From the IMG/VR virus record IMGVR_UViG_3300033066_002227: 20,000 bases of DNA. One strand, written 5' to 3'. The notes beneath the pieces were generated by a model. That model was given only the letters and a program-made list of their open reading frames with translations. It was not told the DNA's origin and made no database searches. This document shows positions 16,680-20,000 of this stretch, in pieces; within the stretch, counting starts at the first letter, position 1; each line of letters begins with the position of its first letter. The DNA is from an uncultured virus (IMG/VR IMGVR_UViG_3300033066_002227) (lineage: Duplodnaviria; Heunggongvirae; Uroviricota; Caudoviricetes). The translations under genes were made by a program, and so were the position numbers.

Positions 16680-17029
16680 AAAAATGTCCAGTATGTAACT
16701 CCGAATTAATTTTAACAGAAGACTTGTTTGAACAAGTGCTTGGTCCACCAAGTGAAAATCACTTATATAAATGTTCTTGTTGTAAAAATTATACATCAAT
16801 TAATGATGAAACAAATACTTATATTTTAGAAGAAAAATTTAATTTAATTAATTTTACTTTTTGGATTGTATATTCTGAATGGGCCCTATTGTATTATTTA
16901 AAAGATTACTCAATAACAGTAACACAAATAAAAGCCTTTGAATTATCTGATCCAGGGGTTTCAATATTTAAAAATATTTTTATTAAACAAGACTTAAATT
17001 CATTAAAGAAAATGATAATGTTATTATGA
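16676..17029 (+). CDS. CPxC zinc-ribbon protein, KK-x5 tag (LKKMIMLL*)
   Basis: CPVCNSEL...CSCC. Confidence 0.8.
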   Translation: MKKCPVCNSELILTEDLFEQVLGPPSENHLYKCSCCKNYTSINDETNTYILEEKFNLINFTFWIVYSEWALLYYLKDYSITVTQIKAFELSDPGVSIFKNIFIKQDLNSLKKMIMLL

Positions 17030-17358
17030 TATTTAAAAACTTAAATAAATTAGAAGAAGACCCTGATAATTATTATTTTTATGATCATATGGGATACTTA
17101 GATAATAAGAATTATTATTGGTATAGTAAATCTACTATTGCTAATATTTTTCATAATAAAGAATTTAAAATATATTCTTCATTAAAAACAATGTGTTTTA
17201 ATAATGAAAGAATATTGAAAAACATAACTCATAAAGTTACCGTTTCAAAAGTCGATCTTAAAAATTTATGCTCTGAAGATTCTTCCGAAGATTATATAAA
17301 ATGTTATGTGGAAGAAGTTCCAAAAGAATTAATTAAAAAGCTGGTAATGTTATTATGA
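17026..17358 (+). CDS. Hypothetical protein, KK-x5 tag (IKKLVMLL*); paralog of next gene
   Basis: MIF.N.N.LEED...YY and YSSLK..C shared with 17355..17669. Confidence 0.8.
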   Translation: MIFKNLNKLEEDPDNYYFYDHMGYLDNKNYYWYSKSTIANIFHNKEFKIYSSLKTMCFNNERILKNITHKVTVSKVDLKNLCSEDSSEDYIKCYVEEVPKELIKKLVMLL

Positions 17359-17669
17359 TATTTATCAATAACAATAATTTAGAAGAAGATAGTGAGGCTT
17401 ATTATACTTATAATATTTGTTTTAAAGAGGAAAATATAGAAGATACCTATCATATTATAACTATTCAATATTTATTTGAAGATTTTTCTTTTAAACCATA
17501 TTCTTCATTAAAAGGATTATGTACTTTTTATGAAAATGTGAATTTAAAATGCGTATTCAAATGTAAAATTCCTAAATCAGAACTTAAAATATTCTCTGAT
17601 AGAAAAATAAAATTTTCTTATAAAATAATTCCTCCCAAAATTATTAAAAAGCTGGTAATGCTATTATGA
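17355..17669 (+). CDS. Hypothetical protein, KK-x5 tag (IKKLVMLL*); paralog of previous gene
   Basis: MIFINNNNLEEDSEAYY and YSSLKGLC. Confidence 0.8.
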   Translation: MIFINNNNLEEDSEAYYTYNICFKEENIEDTYHIITIQYLFEDFSFKPYSSLKGLCTFYENVNLKCVFKCKIPKSELKIFSDRKIKFSYKIIPPKIIKKLVMLL

Positions 17670-17965
17670 ACAACAATACATGTCCATTTTGCAGCAGAGA
17701 ATTAACGGTACAATTTTCCAAAAATTGTGAAAGAATTACTCATTTATATATGAGATCTAGTTCTGGCGAATTATTAGAAATTTATCTTAATGATGATGAA
17801 CCAAATATAATCTCTTTATTTAATGGTTTTGATTTAAAAGAAATGCATTTAAATTATTTAGAAAAAAATATCTTTATTAAAGATAATAATACCTATAAAT
17901 ATATAAGATCTTTATTTCTTAAATATGATTTTGACAAAATCAAGAAAGTTGTAGCAATACTATGA
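17666..17965 (+). CDS. CPxC zinc-ribbon protein, KK-x5 tag (IKKVVAIL*)
   Basis: CPFCSREL...CERITH. Confidence 0.8.
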   Translation: MNNNTCPFCSRELTVQFSKNCERITHLYMRSSSGELLEIYLNDDEPNIISLFNGFDLKEMHLNYLEKNIFIKDNNTYKYIRSLFLKYDFDKIKKVVAIL

Positions 17966-18291
17966 ACTGTCCTATTTGTGAAAAAAAATGCACTCAAGAA
18001 GCCAATAGATTTCATTGTATGAAATACTATAAAGATGGTTCTTTAGAACATTGTTATACATACAGAACAAATCCAACAATTGAAACAGTTGAACGTTGGT
18101 GCGATCTTTATGATGAAGATAGTGGTAATTCTTTTAAATTAAAAAAAATTAATGATGAAGCTACTGACACAGAATGTGTACTTTTTGGATATTGGATTCA
18201 CATTAAAGATATTAAAACGTATAATTTAATTAAAAATGGTATAATAGGTAAAGATTTTCCTCTATTAAAAAAGCTATTAATGTTAAAATGA
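17962..18291 (+). CDS. CPxC zinc-ribbon protein, KK-x5 tag (LKKLLMLK*)
   Basis: CPICEKKC...CMK...H. IKD..TY..I shared with the previous ORF. Confidence 0.8.
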   Translation: MNCPICEKKCTQEANRFHCMKYYKDGSLEHCYTYRTNPTIETVERWCDLYDEDSGNSFKLKKINDEATDTECVLFGYWIHIKDIKTYNLIKNGIIGKDFPLLKKLLMLK

Positions 18292-18608
18292 AAATAATAT
18301 GCCCTATATGTAAAAATACAATGACTGTATTCTCTGATGATCATTTTTATTGTAAATGCGATAATTACAAAGTCGTAATGTTTAGACAATCAAAATCGGC
18401 AGAATATTTCTACTGTGATAACTATACTTTATATGTTATAGTTGACATGGAATATTATGGTGAATTATATTATGACCAAAATCGCAATGATTACTTAGAC
18501 GATTATAATTATCAAGCGTTTAATACTAAAAAAGAATTTAAATTAATAAAAGAAGCATTCTTGAAACAAGATATTAATTTGATAAAGAAAATAGTAGCAT
18601 TAACATGA
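18288..18608 (+). CDS. CPxC zinc-ribbon protein, KK-x5 tag (IKKIVALT*)
   Basis: CPICKNTM...CKC and AFLKQDINLIKK. Confidence 0.8.
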   Translation: MKIICPICKNTMTVFSDDHFYCKCDNYKVVMFRQSKSAEYFYCDNYTLYVIVDMEYYGELYYDQNRNDYLDDYNYQAFNTKKEFKLIKEAFLKQDINLIKKIVALT

Positions 18609-18919
18609 GCACTTGTCCATTTTGTGGTAATGTATTATTTTATTTTGATTGGAATGATGCATCTTGCTATCTAAAAAATAGCCATCAATATTCAAGCTTA
18701 CTTTATACAGAAATTTTTGAAATTTATTTTAAAAATAGTGAACGCATAAACTCTACTATACAGTTAACTATAGATTATTTACCAAGGGACACAAATATAG
18801 AGTTAAATTATTTTGGTAATAAAATTATTATTTCTGATTTAAAAATTAGTGAATATTTAAAGAAAAATATTATAGCTTTTAATTTTAATAATTTAAAGAA
18901 AATAGTGGCATTAACATGA
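18605..18919 (+). CDS. CPxC zinc-ribbon protein, KK-x5 tag (LKKIVALT*)
   Basis: CPFCGNVL...CYLKNSH. Confidence 0.8.
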   Translation: MSTCPFCGNVLFYFDWNDASCYLKNSHQYSSLLYTEIFEIYFKNSERINSTIQLTIDYLPRDTNIELNYFGNKIIISDLKISEYLKKNIIAFNFNNLKKIVALT

Positions 18920-19269
18920 ATTATTTAAATTTTGAAGATTTAACAATTTGCGCTATTTGTAATAGTAAATTATTTGATGAAGGTGATCAATTAGTTTGCG
19001 ATGATGGTCATTGGGCCCTAGAAATAGGGGATCATTATTATGCAATTAATAATAATGAAAAACATTTTATATTTAAAAATAAATTAGGTATTTTTAGTCT
19101 TAAAAAAGACAAAACTGCCATTTTTTTGGATGTTAGTGTATTTAATAGTGATTGGGAATGTATGGGCTATATAGAAAGTAAAATTGATGAAGGTCATGCC
19201 AACAAGATTATTCATGCTTGTAAAACAAATGATTTCAAATATTTAACAAAATTAATAATTTTATTTTAA
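18916..19269 (+). CDS. CxxC zinc-ribbon protein, variant tag (LTKLIILF*)
   Basis: CAICNSKL...CDDGH. Confidence 0.8.
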   Translation: MNYLNFEDLTICAICNSKLFDEGDQLVCDDGHWALEIGDHYYAINNNEKHFIFKNKLGIFSLKKDKTAIFLDVSVFNSDWECMGYIESKIDEGHANKIIHACKTNDFKYLTKLIILF

Positions 19270-19815
19270 ATGGCACCAAAAGTAATAACCCCCAATTTTA
19301 CCCTAGGAACTACTGTAATAAATTTACCTTTTCCTTTATCTTATATTGAAATGCCTACATTAAAAATGAATAAGTTAGATAAAGAAGTTTATTGTCCATT
19401 TTGCAATAATATTTTAGAGCTAACCGCTTATAGTTGGAATAGTCAGTATACCACTGAATGTAAAAATGATTTTAATTTAAATAAAGATGAAAAATTATTT
19501 TATTCATATTATATGAATTATAATTTTAGCACATTTGGTCACCATAAAATAACAGAACTATCATATGATTTTTTAGATTTAAATATTGAGCATGTAAATG
19601 GATTTTTTACCAATTATCATATTTATAAAGATGAAGATCAAATGTTATTAACATTTAGCCCATATCAATCTAAAATTTCTGTCGATCCATTTTCAAGTGT
19701 TCAAGCAGATGAGGTGATGTATATTGACCTTAATTTAAAAGCTTATGAAGATCTTAAAAAAGCATTTGTACATTTTGATTTAAAATATATTAAAAAAGTT
19801 ATATCCCTTTCTTAA
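19270..19815 (+). CDS. CPxC zinc-ribbon protein, KK-x5 tag (IKKVISLS*)
   Basis: CPFCNNIL...ECK and LKKAFVHFDLKYIKK. The true start may be a downstream ATG. Confidence 0.75.
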   Translation: MAPKVITPNFTLGTTVINLPFPLSYIEMPTLKMNKLDKEVYCPFCNNILELTAYSWNSQYTTECKNDFNLNKDEKLFYSYYMNYNFSTFGHHKITELSYDFLDLNIEHVNGFFTNYHIYKDEDQMLLTFSPYQSKISVDPFSSVQADEVMYIDLNLKAYEDLKKAFVHFDLKYIKKVISLS

Positions 19816-19822
19816 AGAAATT

Positions 19823-20000
19823 ATGAATACCTGCAAAATTTGCAAAAATAAACTTATATCTACACAATGGGCTTATAATGAAGATTAAAAATTTTTAAAT
19901 AAATGTGAAGTTTGTTGCAAATATAAAAACTTCATTATAAATGGAGATTTGCATGAAGAATCTTTTGAATTAGAAAACTATAAATTAAGCTTTTCATATT
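19823..20000 (+). pseudogene. Further CxxC zinc-ribbon paralog with in-frame stop, 3'-truncated by window edge
   Basis: MNTCKICKNKLISTQWAYNED*KFLNKCEVCCKYKNFIINGDLHEESFELENYKLSFSY. TAA at 19886-19888, after which the same frame stays open. Resembles 16676..17029. Confidence 0.7.

Larger units (their letters stand above)
1..20000. mobile_element. Segment of a large dsDNA (jumbo-like) bacteriophage genome
   Basis: Very high coding density and AT content. Phage-type replication/recombination set (RecA, gp32-like SSB, RuvC-like, stand-alone primase core), GH25 lysozyme, HNH endonuclease and long arrays of small ORFans. No bacterial housekeeping operons. No structural genes in the window, so phage status is an inference. 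Confidence 0.8.

Noticed and set aside
16400..17669. Tag DNA ATG(C/T)TATTATGA resembles an extended -10 promoter (TGnTATAAT)
   Set aside because: Transcription would start downstream of the next gene's ATG, and many tag copies (GCATTAACATGA, ATGCTTCTTTAA) lack the match. Probably a by-product of M-L-L-stop codons.
18198..18389. Minus-strand 63-aa ORF
   Set aside because: Antisense to two coupled array genes; shadow ORF.
15647..19815. CRISPR array, integron attC cassettes or DGR as explanation of the repeated junctions
   Set aside because: The repeats are degenerate, coding and non-palindromic, and the units are whole genes of 220-550 bp. No cas, integrase or reverse transcriptase gene and no template/variable repeat pair is visible.
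7316..19815. Tag as a eukaryotic CaaX, PTS1 or KKxx signal (giant eukaryotic virus)
   Set aside because: There is no Cys at -4 and the Lys spacing is wrong. Shine-Dalgarno sites, sigma70 promoters, operon-style overlaps and a GH25 lysozyme indicate a bacterial host.
1..20000. Alternative genetic code (stop-codon reassignment)
   Set aside because: Genes are intact and tightly packed under the standard bacterial code. TGA and TAA end genes normally, and no gene needs TAG read-through.

Overview
Very AT-rich, gene-dense window that most likely comes from a large (jumbo-type) tailed bacteriophage genome. Recognisable genes are an AAA+ ATPase (5'-truncated), dihydrofolate reductase (split by a 1-nt insertion at about 821), a RecA/UvsX recombinase, a gp32-like SSB, a RuvC-like resolvase, a full-length DnaJ, a PD-(D/E)XK-like nuclease, a DnaG primase core, a secreted metzincin protease, a GH25 lysozyme, a sigma-70 region-4 HTH protein and a tandem-HNH endonuclease. 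The most striking feature is unannotated. By my manual count, 26 hypothetical ORFs (mostly 74-181 aa, one of 289 aa) from several unrelated sequence families end in the same C-terminal tag: [I/L/Y/A]-K-K, five mostly hydrophobic residues, then stop (e.g. IKKVLMLL*, AKKLAMLL*). Most sit in translationally coupled tandem arrays joined by ATGA overlaps, and no recognisable enzyme carries the tag. This suggests a dedicated sorting, docking or degradation signal on a large diversified repertoire of small proteins. A sub-array of about 10 CPxC zinc-ribbon paralogs lies at 15.6-20 kb. All product calls come from motif recognition; no database searches were run.
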